Shown one piece after another: positions 1-17,067 of a DNA stretch of 64,000 bases. The number at the start of each line of letters is the position of its first letter. Position 1 is the stretch's first letter. The stretch covers positions 192,001 to 256,000 of the forward strand of contig CAVSGM010000003.1 of the NCBI GenBank assembly GCA_963727485.1, read 5' to 3'. The notes under the pieces are model-generated. The model did no database searches and had not been told where the DNA came from. It was given only the letters and a program-made list of their open reading frames with translations. The stretch is from an uncultured delta proteobacterium (GTDB taxonomy: Bacteria; Myxococcota; Myxococcia; SLRQ01). The translations under genes and the position numbers were made by a program.

Positions 1-945
<945 letters not shown>

Positions 946-949
<4 letters not shown>

Positions 950-2894
950 CGAAGACCACGCCAATAGCCAGTCCATGGGCCGGCCCCAACAGCCTCTGGC
1001 GGTACCTCAACAGTGCTTCCCGCGTTGCCATCGATTTCCTCGTGCTGTCGGTCGCGTTCTGGCTCGCGTTCCTCTTTCGATTTGGGCTTCGGCTCGACCT
1101 CGACCAGGTCAAGCTCCTGTTCTTCACTTTGCCCTACGTCGTGATTCTGGAGTACGTGGTCCTGGTGGCTCTTCGGGGTGCCGCGCTTCTCCTGGCGCTA
1201 CGTCGGGCTCCGCGAGGTCGACCCGATCGCCGCTGGCGACTGCGACCTCCACTGCCGTGCTTGGTGGCCTTCGCGCCCTGCCTCGGGCCACTCGGCAGCC
1301 TCCGCGCACGTTCGTGGTGCGTCCCCCTCGGGGTCCTCGCGTGAACTTCTTCCTGGCGCTTCCTGGGCATCGTCGGGGTGGCGATGCTCCGGCGGATCCC
1401 CGGCGAGCGGGCGCTGCGCGCCAACGCGGGGCCACGGGGACGCGTCAGGAAGTCGCCGACGATCCTCGTCGGTGCCGGCGAGGCGGGCGTACATGGTGGC
1501 CAAGGAGCTGGCATGACCGCCCCGACCTGGGCATTCGGCCGTGGGCTTCCTCGACGACGACACCCTCAAGGTTGGCACCGTTGTGCACGGCCTGCCGGTG
1601 CTCGGCACCACCGCGGAGCCTCCCGAAGATTGCGAGAGCACGACGCGGCCAGCAGGCCCTGATCACCATGGCGAGCGCTCCCGGCGCGGCCATCCGCCGC
1701 ATCACCGACACCTTGCCGGCGGGCGCGGGCTCCCCACGAAGATCATCCCCGGGCTCTACGAGATCGTGGGCGGCCGGGTCAATCTCGCCCGAATCCGCGA
1801 GTGGCCATCGAGGACCTGCTGGGCCGCGAGCCGGTGGAGCTCGACGAGACGGCCGATCGCCGGGAGGTCCGAGGGCAAGGTGGTCCTGGTCACCGGGGCC
1901 GGCGGCAGCATCGGCTCCGAGCTGTGCCGGCAGGTCTGCCGCGTTCGGGCCCGCCGGTCCTGCTGGTGGAGCACGCCGAGAACACCCTCTTCCACATCCA
2001 CCGCGAGCTGGTGGACGGCTACCCCGACTCACGATCGTCCCTGCATCGCCGACATCACCGACAGCAGCGGATGAGGCGATCTTCGAGGCCCAGCGGCCCT
2101 GAGGTGGTCTTCCACGCCGCCGCCCACAAGCACGTGCCGATGATGGAGTGGAACCCGGGCGAGGCGATCAAGAACAACGTCTTCGGCACCGGCGCCTGGC
2201 CGAGCTGGCGCACAGCGCGGGGTGCGGGAGCTTCGTGATGATCTCCACCGACAAGGCGGTGAACCCCACAGCGTCATGGGCGCGACCAAGCGGGCGGCCG
2301 AGATGTACATGCAGGCGCTCGCCCAGCGCAGCCAGACCCGGTTCGTGACCGTGCGCTTCGGCAACGTGCTCGGGCTCGGCGGGCAGCGTGATCCCGATCT
2401 TCAAGGAGCAGATTGCCAGGGGCGGGCCGGTCACCGTCACCCACCCGGAGATGCCGCGCTACTTCATGACCATCCCCGAGGCCTGCCAGCTCGTGCTGCA
2501 GGCCGGCCGCATGGGGCGACGGCGGGGAGATTTCATCCTCGACATGGGCGAGCCGGTGAAGATCGTCGATCTGGCGAAGGACCTCATCCGGCTCTCCGGG
2601 TTCGAGCCCGAGAAAGATATCGAAATTGCCTTCAGCGGTATCCGGCCGGGCGAGAAGCTCTTCGAGGAGCTCTCCGTCAACGGCGAGAACGCCGACAAGA
2701 CGGTGCACCCCAAGATTTTCGTCGGCCGGCTAGGGGCACATGCCCTGCCGGTCGTCGAGGCCGGCCTGCGACGGCTGCGCGAGGCGGCCGAGCTGGGCGA
2801 CCCGTCGAAGGTACGATTGGCGCTTGGGGACCTGGTTCAGGAGTACGCTGGCGCTGGCGCGCCCCCCCGCGTCGCCTCGACGGGAAATGAGTAG
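946..2894 (+). CDS. CapD/PglF-like nucleoside-diphosphate sugar dehydratase, multiple frameshifts
   Basis: N-terminal TM helices; [83 protein letters not shown] across frames. Confidence 0.9.
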
Positions 2895-2930
2895 CCAGCG
2901 GCATCGGCCGCGGAAACGTAGGAAACGAAG

Positions 2931-5152
2931 ATGGAAGCAGGTGACAAGGCACTCGCCACCTCGGGCGCCGCCCAGAAGGTAGAGCCCGTCGACCTTCGGC
3001 GGTAATTCCTCGGCGTCGCCCGGATGCGGATTCGGGGAATCGTCGCCATCTTCGCTTGCGTTGTGGCGGCGGCGACGGTGTGGGTCCTGAAGCAGCCGCG
3101 GATTTACGAGGCGACAACCTCGGTGGTCATCGATCCGATGCCTCCCCGGGCCCTTAAAGAACGTATCCGACGTGGTCGAGATTGGTGCCGGAAACTACTG
3201 GGCGACCAAGGAGTTCTACGAGACCGAGTACAAGATCATCCAGAGCCGGGAGGTCTGCCAGCGGGTGGTCGACAAACTGGGGCTGGCAAAGGACCCTGCG
3301 TTCCTGGGCCTCGACAAGATCAAGGATCCCGACCAGCGCGCCGCGCTGCGGAAGCTGGTCGACCCGGTCGCGCGCCTCCAGAGCATGATCCGGGTGGTCC
3401 CGGTCAGGGACTCCCGGATGGTGCTGGTGAGCGTCATGGACACCGACCCCAAGCGGGCCGCATTGCTGTCGACGAGTGTAGCCGAGGAGTACCGCGAGGA
3501 GAACCTCGCCCGGCGCGTCGAGGGCACGGGCAGCGTGGTGGACTGGCTGGAGCAGCAGCTCGGTGACCTCAAGCCGCGGCTCGAGGCCAGCGAGATGGCA
3601 CTCTACGACTACCGAAAGCGCAATGACATGCTTACCGCCTCGCTGGAGGATCGGCGGAGCATTGTTTCGCAGAAGCTATTGGACCTGAATCGTGCTCTCA
3701 CGGACATGGAGTCCAGGCGAATCCAGCTCGAGTCCAAGGTTGAGGAGATTAAGCGTCTCCGGTCTGCGGCGAAGGGGGACCAGTCGGCATTCGATAGCCT
3801 GCCCGAGGTCTCGAGCAGCCTCCTGATCGAGAAGCTCAAGGAGTCCCTCTCCGCACGTCTCCAGGACTATGCTCAGCTGCGGGAGCGCTATGGCGACAAG
3901 CATCCGAAGTTGGTCGCCGCCAAGGAGGCGTTGGCCGCTGCCCGAAAGGCCCTGTCCCGCGAGGTCCAGTACATCATCGGCGGCATCGAAGCCCAATACC
4001 GGGAGACCACGGACGCCGAGGCAGGCACCGAGCGCCTTCTGAAGAGGGTGAAGGCGGAGGCTTTCGAGCTCAACAAGAAGGCGATCGGGTACGACCGGCT
4101 GGAGCGGGAGAAGAAGGACAACGAGCGCCTCTACAACATGGTCCTGGAACGGACGAAGGAGGCCAACCTCTCCGGGCAGCAGCGGACCAACAACGTACGG
4201 ATTGTCGATGCGGCCCTGGTTCCCCGGGGCCCAGTGCGTCCTCGGGTCCTGGTCGACATGGTGGTGGCCAGCGTCCTGGCGTTGCTGCTGGCCCTTGGCT
4301 ACGCCTTTGTTCGTGAGTATCTGGACGCCACCATCAAGAACAAGGAGGAAGTGGAGACGGATTTGGGCTTGCCGTTCCTGGGCCTCATTCCGCTCGTGCG
4401 CGAGCGCTTCACCGGGGAATCCTCGCGGGAGGTGGATCTCCACGTCCTCCTCAACCCCCAAGGTCAGGCCGCGGAGGCGTGTCGGGCAATCCGCACGAAT
4501 CTCCTCTTCATGTCGCCGGAGCGACCGCTGAAACGGTTGGTGGTGACCTCCGCGGGCCCCCGGGAGGGCAAGACCACGACGGTCGTCGACCTCGGCGTCG
4601 TCATGTCGACAGGTGGCGCCTCCGTGGTGCTGGTCGACACGGACATGCGGCGGCCCCGGCTGCACAAGGTGTTCGGCCTCCCGGCGGACATCGGTCTCTC
4701 CAGCGTCATCCTCGGCGAGGCCACCCTCGACGAGGCGATCTGCGCTACGGAGGTGCCCGGGCTCTTCGTCCTGCCCTGCGGGCCGGTTCCACCAAACCCC
4801 GCCGAGCTCCTGCATACCGAGCGCTTTGCCCGCACCCTGGACGAGCTCGCCACCCGCTACGACCGGACCATCCTCGACTCGCCCCCGGTCGGGGCCGTGG
4901 CCGACGCCAAGGTCCTGGCGGTGGCGGCCGACGGTGTCCTGCTGGTCGTGAGGTCCCATAAGACCTCCCGGGACATGGTAGCCCAGGCGGCCGACTCGGT
5001 CCTCGAGGTCAACGGAAGGATTCTGGGCGTCATCCTCAACCAGGTGAACCTGGAAGGTCCACAAGATGCAGGCTACTACTCGACCGTACTATCGGCAGAA
5101 CTGCTTAGACGAGGCGCCGGGCACCGGCAACGGGGTGGCAAGCGATGCCTAG
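2931..5152 (+). CDS. wzc: Polysaccharide co-polymerase/BY-kinase (Wzc-like), frameshifts near both ends
   Basis: Wzz-like coiled coil between TM helices; Walker A GPREGKTT, A' VDTDMRRP, B ILDSPP; Tyr cluster near 5075-5095 read through a shift to TAG at 5150-5152. Confidence 0.85.
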
Positions 5153-5185
5153 GTCGTACCCCTGCTCGGGCACGGAGAGGCGGCG

Positions 5186-5596
5186 GTGGAGGTGACGGCA
5201 CTGCTCATCCAGGACATCATGACCCCGGACCCCACCTGCGTCACCGCGGCCACCACCACCGCCGACGCCCGGGCGCAGATGGAGCCCTCGGCTGCCGGCA
5301 CCTCCCGGTCCTCGACGGCGCCACCCTCGCGGGCATCATCACCCATCGGGACCTCAACCGCCCGCGGCGAGACGGTCGGCGACCTCATGTCGCGCGACCT
5401 CATCACCGCCAAGCCGACCCTCCGCGTCGACGCCGCCGCCGCCACCATGGCGGTCCACAAGGTCGGCTGCCTCCCGGTCGTCGAGAACGGCCGCCTGGTC
5501 GGCATCGTCACCACCTACGACCTCCTCGACGCCCTGGTGAAGTGGCTGCGCAGCCAGCTGCCCGCCGACGTGGACCCTGAGGGCACCCCGTACTAG
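5186..5596 (+). CDS. CBS-domain protein, internal frameshifts
   Basis: IQDIMTPDP, HLPVLDG..LAGIITHRDL (alternate frame), VGDLMSRD, VGCLPVVENGRLVGIVTTYDLL. Confidence 0.85.
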   Translation: MEVTALLIQDIMTPDPTCVTAATTTADARAQMEPSAAGTSRSSTAPPSRASSPIGTSTARGETVGDLMSRDLITAKPTLRVDAAAATMAVHKVGCLPVVENGRLVGIVTTYDLLDALVKWLRSQLPADVDPEGTPY

Positions 5597-5608
5597 GTTC
5601 CGGGCACC

Positions 5609-6541
<933 letters not shown>

Positions 6542-6557
6542 GCGCCGGCGACCCGCC

Positions 6558-7902
6558 TCAGGCCCGGCACAATCCGCGCCCGCCCCTCGATCCCCCGGGT
6601 CGCCCCGCGCGTGTCCACCACCAGCGCCGCCTTGCCACCACCCGGGCGTAGTCGATGCCGGTGTGGTCGGTGACGATGACCACCGCGTCGCTCGCCGGCG
6701 AGCGTCGCGTCGTCGAGCGCCACCGAGGCCAGGTCGCGAGATCGTGGTTGCGCATCGGCCGGGCCCGGGGCACGAAGGGGTCGTGGTAGCTCACCTCGGC
6801 GCCGCGCTCCTGCAGCAGCTCGATGACTGCGAACGCCGGCGACTCGCGCACGTCGTCGACGTCGCTTCTTGTACGCCAGCCCAGCACCAGGACCTTGGCG
6901 CCCTTGAGCGGCTTGCCGTCGCTCGTTGAGCGCCTCGGCCATCCGGTCGACCACGTACTCGCGGCATCGCCGATGTTGATCTCGCCGGCGAGCTCGATGA
7001 AGCGCGTGGTCAGCCCGAACTCGCGCGCCTTCCAGGTCAGGTAGAAGGGGTCGATGGGGATGCAGTGCCCGCCGAGGCCCGGGCCCGGGTAGAAGGGCAT
7101 GAAGCCGAAGGGCTTGGTGGCCGCGGCGTCGATGACCTCCCAGACGTCGATGCCCATCGCGGTCGCAGAGCACCTTCAGCTCGTTGACCAGGGCGATGTT
7201 CACCGCGCGGAAGATGTTCTCGAGGAGCTTGGCCATCTCCGCCACCCGGGTCGACGACACCGGGATCGACCTGCTCGAGGGCGCCGCGCCGTAGAGCGCC
7301 ACGCGCCGCCTCGCTGGCAACGCCGTCGGTCAGCCCGCCGACCACCTTGGGGATGCGCCGGGTGGTGAAGTCCGGGTTGCCCGGGTCCTCGCGCTCGGGG
7401 CTGTAGGCCAGGATAGAAGTCGGCGCCCGGCCGTCAGCCCGCTGCCGGCCTCGAGGATCGGCAGGAGCACCTCGTCGGTGGTGCCCGGATAGGTGGTCGA
7501 CTCCAGGACCACGAGCTGCCCGGCGCCGCAGGTGCGGCGCCATGGCTGCGCGCGGTGCCCTCGACGTAGCTCATGTCGGGCTCGCGGTGTCGGTCGAGCG
7601 GGCGTCGGCACGCAGAGCAAGAGGGCGTCGCAGCTCGCGGCACGCGGGCGAAGTCGGTGGTGGCCGAGAAGCGCTCCGCCGCGTCCAGCGCCTCGCGCAC
7701 TCGCCGCGTCGCGGATGTGCTTGATGTAGCTCTCGCCGGCCTCGAGCTTCGTCGACCTTGGTCGGGTCGACGTCGAAGCCGACCACGCGGAAGCCCCGCG
7801 CCGGGCGAAGGCCAGCACCAGCGGCAGGCCCACGTAGCCCAGCCCGACCACGCCGACCACCGCCTCCCGGCGGTCGATCCGCGCCAACAGCTCGCTCGCC
7901 AT
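6558..7902 (-). CDS. UDP-N-acetylhexosamine dehydrogenase (WecC/WbpA-like), heavily frameshifted
   Basis: [72 protein letters not shown] in successive frames. Confidence 0.88.
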
Positions 7903-7907
7903 GGTCG

Positions 7908-8232
7908 CTACCTCGCCAGCCCGCAGGCCTTCTTGCCGGCCTCGGTGTCCAGCTTGTGGCAGTCGCACTTGTCCACCAGCGCCGAGCACGCCGGGCCCGC
8001 CTTGGACAGGTCCGAGGACCGCGCCGCCTGGTAGGCCTGGAGCATCTGGGTCATGCAGTTCTGCTTCCCGAGCTCGGTGGTCTGGCAGTCGCAGAGCTTC
8101 TGGGCCAGCGCCAGGCAGGGGTCGGTGCAGCCGGCGGCGGCGACCGGGAGCACCAGGGCCGAAAGGAGCAGCCAGCGGCCGGCGGCGGCACGGAGGCGCG
8201 CGGCGACGCGGGCGCGGAGCGAACGAGTGGAG

Positions 8233-8252
<20 letters not shown>
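7908..8252 (-). CDS. Small Cys-rich lipoprotein
   Basis: Hydrophobic segment ending AAG-C; mature part CTDPCLALAQKLCDC...C...C...CDC...C; sits between ugd and the wecC-like gene. Confidence 0.7.
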
Positions 8253-9543
<1,291 letters not shown>

Positions 9544-9653
9544 GGTGCAACGCTCCTTCGGGTCCTCCAGGGGACCGATGGGGGGATAGCATCGCCGGGC
9601 CCGCCGGGCAACGCCACCGCGGGCCCCGGACTTCCGCTAGACTGCCAGCCGGG

Positions 9654-12531
9654 GTGGGCACGAAGGGACCAGAAGGACGCGACGCGCCGCCGTCCGCGGA
9701 CGCGCACGAGGCCGCCGCCGCGACCTCCGCCGCCCCCGGCGCGCCCCACCGCCGCCGCCGCCGGCACCGGGGCCCGGATCCCCTCCGCGCCCGCCGGGCC
9801 CGCACCCTCGAGGTCGCCGCCGAGGTGGGCCTGGGCGCCGTCCTGGTCGTGGCGCCCCAGCTCATCGGCTCGGTGCCCACCTGGGCCGTGGGCGTCGACC
9901 TGGCCCTGGCCGCCGCCACCTTCGCCCTCGTCCTCGCCGGCCGGCACCTCGCCGGCGCCAAGGTCCGGGTGCCGGGCCTCGCCTGGGTCCTCGTCGGCGC
10001 CCTCGGCCTCGAGGCCCTCCAGCTCGTGCCCCTGCCCCCGGCGCTCCTCGGCCTGGTGAGCCCCAAGGCCGCCGCCGTCGACGCCTTCGTCCTCCCGATG
10101 GTCCACGGCTGGCCCGCCTGGCGCCCGCTCTCCATGGACCCCTACCAGACCGGCCTCGACTGGGCGCGCCACCTCACCGCGGTCCTGGTGCTCCTCACCG
10201 TGGTCACCCTCGCCGACAAGCGCCGGCGCCGGCGCCGCCTCACCGCCCTCCTCGCCGCCTCGGCCCTGGTCGCCGTGGCCCTCGCCTTCGGCCAGCGCCT
10301 GGTGGGCCTCGACCACATCTACGGCGTGTGGCCCCGGGCCATCAGCGGCACCTGGGTCTTCGCCGCCTTCGTGAACCCCAACCACTTCGGCGCCTACCTC
10401 GACCTCCTGGCGCCGGTGAGCCTGGGCCTGGCGCTGTCCACCGAGGACCGGAGCCGCGCGGCCCTCTGGGGGCTCGCCTTCGTCCTGGCCGCCGGCACCG
10501 CGCTGCTCACCCTCTCGCGCGGGGCCATCGTGGCGCTGCTCGCCGGCCTCACCGTGTTCATCGCCCTGCGCCGGCGGGACACCGCCCCCGAGGGCCCCGA
10601 GGGCCCGGGCTTCCCCGACCGCCCCGGTCCCCCCGACCCCCCAGGCTTCCCCGACCGCCCCGCCGGCCCGGGTCGCCCCGCCGGCCCCCGCCCGCCCCCG
10701 CGCCGCCGGGCCCTCGCCCGGATGGCCGCCCCGCTGTTGGTGGGCGCCGCCCTCTCCGTCGCCGCCTACCTCGCCCTCGACCCCATCCTCGACCAGGTCG
10801 CCACCCTCACCAGCAAGCGCAGCCTCGAGCACGAGGAGCGCTGGAAGATGTGGGGCGAGACCCTGCCGCTGGTCCGGGACTTCTGGCTCACCGGGGTGGG
10901 GGCCGGGGCCTACCGGGTGGTCTTCCCGATGTACAAGCGCATCCCCGCGGAGACCACCTTCGAGCACCCGGAGAACCAGTACCTGGAGCTCCCGGCGTCC
11001 CTGGGCGTCCCCGCCGCCCTGGCGATCCTCCTGGCGCTGGGGTGGGTGCTCCTGGGCGTGGCCCGGCGCCGGGACCTGCGGCCCCGGGAGCTCGGGCTCC
11101 TGGCGGGGATGGTGGCGCTCGCCATCCACGAGGGCGCCGACTTCGCCACCGCCTTCGGGGGCGTCGCGCTCCCCGCCGCCGCCGCCCTCGGGCTCCTGGT
11201 GGCCGCCGCCACCCCCGGCCGCCGCCGCGCCCGCGCGCGCGACGACGCCCGCGCGCCCGACGACGCCCCCCGACGCCCGCCTCCCGCGCCGCCTCCCGCG
11301 CCGCCTCCCGCGCCGCCTCGGGCCGCTCCCGGTGACCGCCGCCTTCTCCGTGGCCCTCGCCGGGGGCGTGGTCGGCGTCGCCCGGGCCTCGGGCCACCTC
11401 GCCAACGAGACCCTCGTCCGCCTCGACCACGCCCTCGCCGGGGGCGCCCGGGTCGACGACGCCGTCGCCGCCGCCGTCCGCGCCCGCCCCAGCGACCACA
11501 TGCCCCCGCTCGTCGCCGCCGACACCCTGATGCGCCGGGGCCACGACCCGGCCCGGGCCATGGACTGGGTCACCCGGGCCATGTACCTCGCCCCCACCGA
11601 GCCCCGGGGCCACCTCCTCGCCGCCCTCCTCCTCACCGAGGCCGGGCGCAAGGACCAGGCCCTCCTCGAGCTCCGCCTCGCCGCCCGGGACGGCCACCCC
11701 CTCCGGCGCGTCCTCGACCTCGCCGCCGCCCGCTTCCCGGACCTCGCCGACCTCGAGCGCTCGGTCCCCGACACCCCCAAGGCCCAGATGGCCCTCATGG
11801 ACTTCCTCCTGGCCCACCGGCGCCCGGACGACGCCTGGACCGTGGGCCAGGCGCTGAAGGCCACCGACCCCGGCGACCCGGACCTCCTCGACCGCCTCGG
11901 CCGCGCCGCCCTCGCCGCGCGCCGCCCCGACGACGCCGAGACCCTCGGGGAGGCCCTGGTGCGCCTGGCCCCCGAGCGGCCCCAGGGGGCGCTCCTCGTC
12001 GCCGGCGCCCACTCCCAGCGCCGCGACTACCAGGGCGCCGCCGACGCCCTCAAGGACGGCCTCACCCGGGCCCACGGCGACCCGGCGCTCGCCATGACCC
12101 TCGCCGGCCTCTACCTCGGGCCCCTCAAGGACCCCAAGGCCGCCCGCTCGGTCCTCGACGCCATGCGCCTCCCGGCCTCCGACGGCGCCCGGGCCCGCCT
12201 CCAGAGCCTCCTGGGCCGCGCGGCCTTCGAGCAGGGCAAGACCCGCCAGGCCCTCGACCGCTACCACACCGCCGCGCGCCTCGCCCCCTGGGACCCCGGG
12301 CCCCTCATCCAGGTCGGCGACGTCCTCATGGGGCTCGACCAGTACGCCCGGGCCCTCGACGCCTACCAGGCCGCCCGCCGCCGGGCCCGGGGCGGCACCC
12401 GGGACGCCCTCGACGCCCGGATCGCCCGGGCCCGGACCCGGCTCGCCGCCCTCGAGGCCTTCCGCAAGCGCCAGGCCATCCTCGGCGCCCCGGACCCCGG
12501 CGGCCCCCTGCCCGGCGCCGGGGACCGCTGA
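9654..12531 (+). CDS. O-antigen ligase/Wzy_C-family membrane protein with C-terminal TPRs, frameshift near 11230-11330
   Basis: Many TM helices; FVNPNHFGAY, TLSRGA, GVGAGAY, HPENQYLE; TPR-like helices in ORF 11332-12531. Confidence 0.8.
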
Positions 12532-12577
12532 CGCCGCGCCCGGGGGCCCCATGCGCCGGCCGCCTCCGTGCCGGGCG

Positions 12578-12682
12578 GGGCCCGTCGGGTTCGGTCACGC
12601 CGGGCGACGTCGTACGTCACGGCCGTCGGTTGAGTCACGGTGGGATACAGCGTGACTCACAAGAGGGGTCCGAAGGGACCCC
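12578..12682. repeat. Dispersed TGGGATAC-core element, copy A
   Basis: 12593-12656 aligns without gaps to the reverse complement of 18970-19033; identical blocks gggcgacgtcgtacgtcac (19 bp) and tgggatacagcgtgac (16 bp). Confidence 0.85.
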
Positions 12683-12744
12683 GGCCACCCGGCCCGAACG
12701 TTGCGCGCGCGAAGGGCCCGGTGCTACCGTCGTCCCTGGCCGCC

Positions 12745-14613
<1,869 letters not shown>

Positions 14614-14614
<1 letters not shown>

Positions 14615-14928
14615 TGCCCCTGAACAGCAAGCAGATCCGCCACCTCCGCGGCCTCGGCCACCACCTCTCGGCGGTGGTCCACGTGGGCAACGACGGCGTC
14701 ACCGACGGCGTCGCCGGCGCCCTCGACCAGGCCCTCACCGACCACGAGCTGGTGAAGGTCAAGGTCCTGGAGAACGCCCCCGAGGGCCGCCGCGAGGTCG
14801 CCCGGGCGCTGGCCGACCGCACCGGGAGCGAGGAGGTGCAGGTCCTCGGCCGCACCGTGCTCCTCTACCGGCGCCACCCGGAGAAGCCCAAGATCAAGCT
14901 GCCGGGCGAGCGCGCCGCGACCCGGTGA
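14614..14928 (+). CDS. yhbY: YhbY (CRM-domain) RNA-binding protein
   Basis: MPLNSKQIRHLRGLGHHL..VHVGNDG..HELVKVK..VQVLGRTVLLYR; start overlaps upstream stop (TGATG). Confidence 0.92.
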
Positions 14929-14944
14929 CGCGCCCCGCCGCCGC

Positions 14945-15274
14945 TCAGGTCCCCTTGAGCCGGTAGTGGAGCAGGCTGTCCATCATCGCCGTGACCAGGA
15001 GACCGTCCTCCTTCATCTCCTGCATCAGCGTGGCGGCGACCTGGGTCTCGACCTCCAGGCCCTTGCCCACCTCGGCGGCGGTGGCCCAGCCGATGTGCTT
15101 GCGCATGAACCGGATGATCTCGCCCTTGAGGCGCGCCTTCTCGGCGCCGGCGATCTCCGGGGTCTTCCAGGCGTTGGCCACCGCGGCGATGAGCAGGACG
15201 ATCACCAGCAGCGCCAGCACCGGATAGATGATGTGCTTGTGCTGGGCCAGGAACTCGAAGCTGGTCGCGATCAT
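14945..15274 (-). CDS. Hypothetical single-TM protein, possible winged-helix C-terminus
   Basis: TM IIYPVLALLVIVLLIAAVA; coupled to hflX stop; host-like codon usage. Confidence 0.65.
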   Translation of the reverse strand: MIATSFEFLAQHKHIIYPVLALLVIVLLIAAVANAWKTPEIAGAEKARLKGEIIRFMRKHIGWATAAEVGKGLEVETQVAATLMQEMKEDGLLVTAMMDSLLHYRLKGT

Positions 15275-16945
15275 GCCAGGTCCGCCAGGGCCGTCTGCAC
15301 CCGGGGCGTCTCCCCTTCGCGGAAGAGGAGCGCGCCGGCCCGGGCCAGGAGCGTGTCGAGGCCGTCGCCGGTCAGCGCGCTCACCGCCACGCCATCCCGG
15401 CCGGCTGCCAGGTTCTCTGCGGTGCCACCCGTCATCCGATCCCCCTTGTTGAACACCAAAAGACGCGGGCGGTCCAGGAGATCGAGCTCCCGGAGGATGC
15501 CCTCCACCGCCTCGATCTGCTGGGGATGGTCGGGATCCGAGGCGTCTACCACGTGGAGGAGCAGGTCGGCGTCGTCGAGCTCCTCGAGGGTGGCGCGGAA
15601 GGCCTTCTTGAGATCCGCGGGCAGGTCGCGGATGAAGCCGACGGTGTCGGTGATGATCACCTCGCGGTCCCGGGGGAAGCGCAGGCGTCGGCTCGCCGTG
15701 TCCAGGGTGGCGAAGAGCTTGTCCTCGGCGAGCACCTCGGAGCGGGTGAGCCGGTTGAGGAGCGTCGACTTGCCGGCGTTGGTGTAGCCGACGATGGAGA
15801 TGGTCGGCACCCCGGCGCCGCGTCGCCGGGAGCGCCGCGTCATCCGCGAGGTGGCGATGTGCTCCAGCTGGCGCTCGAGGCGGGCGATGCGCTCGCGCAC
15901 CCGGCGCCGGTCCACCTCGAGCTTGGTCTCACCGGGGCCCCGGCCGCCGATGCCGCCGGTGAGCCGCGAGAGGGAGTCGTCCCGGGCGGCGAGCCTCGGC
16001 ATGGTGTACTTGAGCTGGGCCAGCTCCACCTGCAGCTTGCCCTCGTTGCTCTGGGCGCGCTGGGCGAAGATGTCGAGGATGAGCTGGGTCCGGTCGAGGA
16101 TCTTGACGCTGGTGACCTCGGCGATGGCCCGGGCCTGGGAGGGCGCGAGGTCCTGGTCGAAGAGGATCACGTCGACCAGAAGCTGCATCGCCTTGAGGTT
16201 GAGCTCCTCGAGCTTGCCGCGGCCCACCAGGTAGCGCGGGTCGGGCTTGCGGCGCTGCTGGATCACCGTGTCCACCACCTCGACCCCGGCGGTGCGGGCG
16301 AGCTCGGCGAGCTCGGCGAGGTGGGCCTCGGTCTGTGCCTTCGAGCCCGCGGCGACGCCCACCAGGATCGCCCGCTCCTGGCCCTGGACCTTCCGCAGGC
16401 GCCGGCCGCTCTCGGCGAGCTGGGCCTCGAGGTCCTCGATCTGGGTGCGCGCCGGCCACGCGAGGCTCTGGTGGAAGCCCGGGACCTCCTCGAGTCGCCA
16501 GAGGTCGCCGCCCTCGTTCTCCGGGAGCAGGTGGGCCCACCAGGTCCGGCCCGGGAGCCCGTCGGGCCCGGCGGCGATGGCGCACACCAGGTCCAGGCGC
16601 AGGAGCGCCAGGTCGGTGAGGTCGTCCCGGTCGAGGGGATGGTCCTCCTTGAGGTGGGTGTGCACCAGGCGCAGGCCACGGAGGCGCACCTGCCCGGCGC
16701 GGGCGCGGCCCACGTCGGGGAGCTCGATTCTGGTGGGCGTCCCCGACCATGACCCACTCCACGTTCCCCCGGCGGTCCAGGAGGACCCCCACCTGTCGCC
16801 CGATCTCCCGGGAGAGCTCGGTGAGGTGCCGGGCGAGCTCGGGGCCGACGATGGCCTCGGGCTCGACCTGCCGCCGGTAGGTGGCCTTGAGGCGCTTGAG
16901 CTGACTGGGCTTGAGCCCGAAGGTGTTTCCGAAGACGTCCCGGAT
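15271..16945 (-). CDS. hflX: GTPase HflX (long N-terminal form), frameshift near 16725; probable ATC start
   Basis: GNTFGLKPSQ, ILDIFAQRA, EGKLQVELAQL, GRGPGETKLE, GYTNAGKSTL, DTVGF, NKGD. Confidence 0.93.
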
Positions 16946-17067
16946 GGCGTGTACTCCTGCGGGCGTGGGGATGCGGGCGCTTTGGACCGCCCCCCGGTTC
17001 AACCTCCGATGAAACCGCTTTCTTTCCCCGTTGCCTAGCCCCTTGCGCCGGTGCTATCCGCCGGCAG

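Noticed and set aside
12655..12730. SAM-I riboswitch resemblance (caagag-hairpin-ggccacc...ggtgcta; also atccagagggg at 27205)
   Set aside because: No kink-turn/pseudoknot P2 and no 3' P1 strand (GATRA). GGTGCTA is better explained as the TG-extended -10 seen before several genes.
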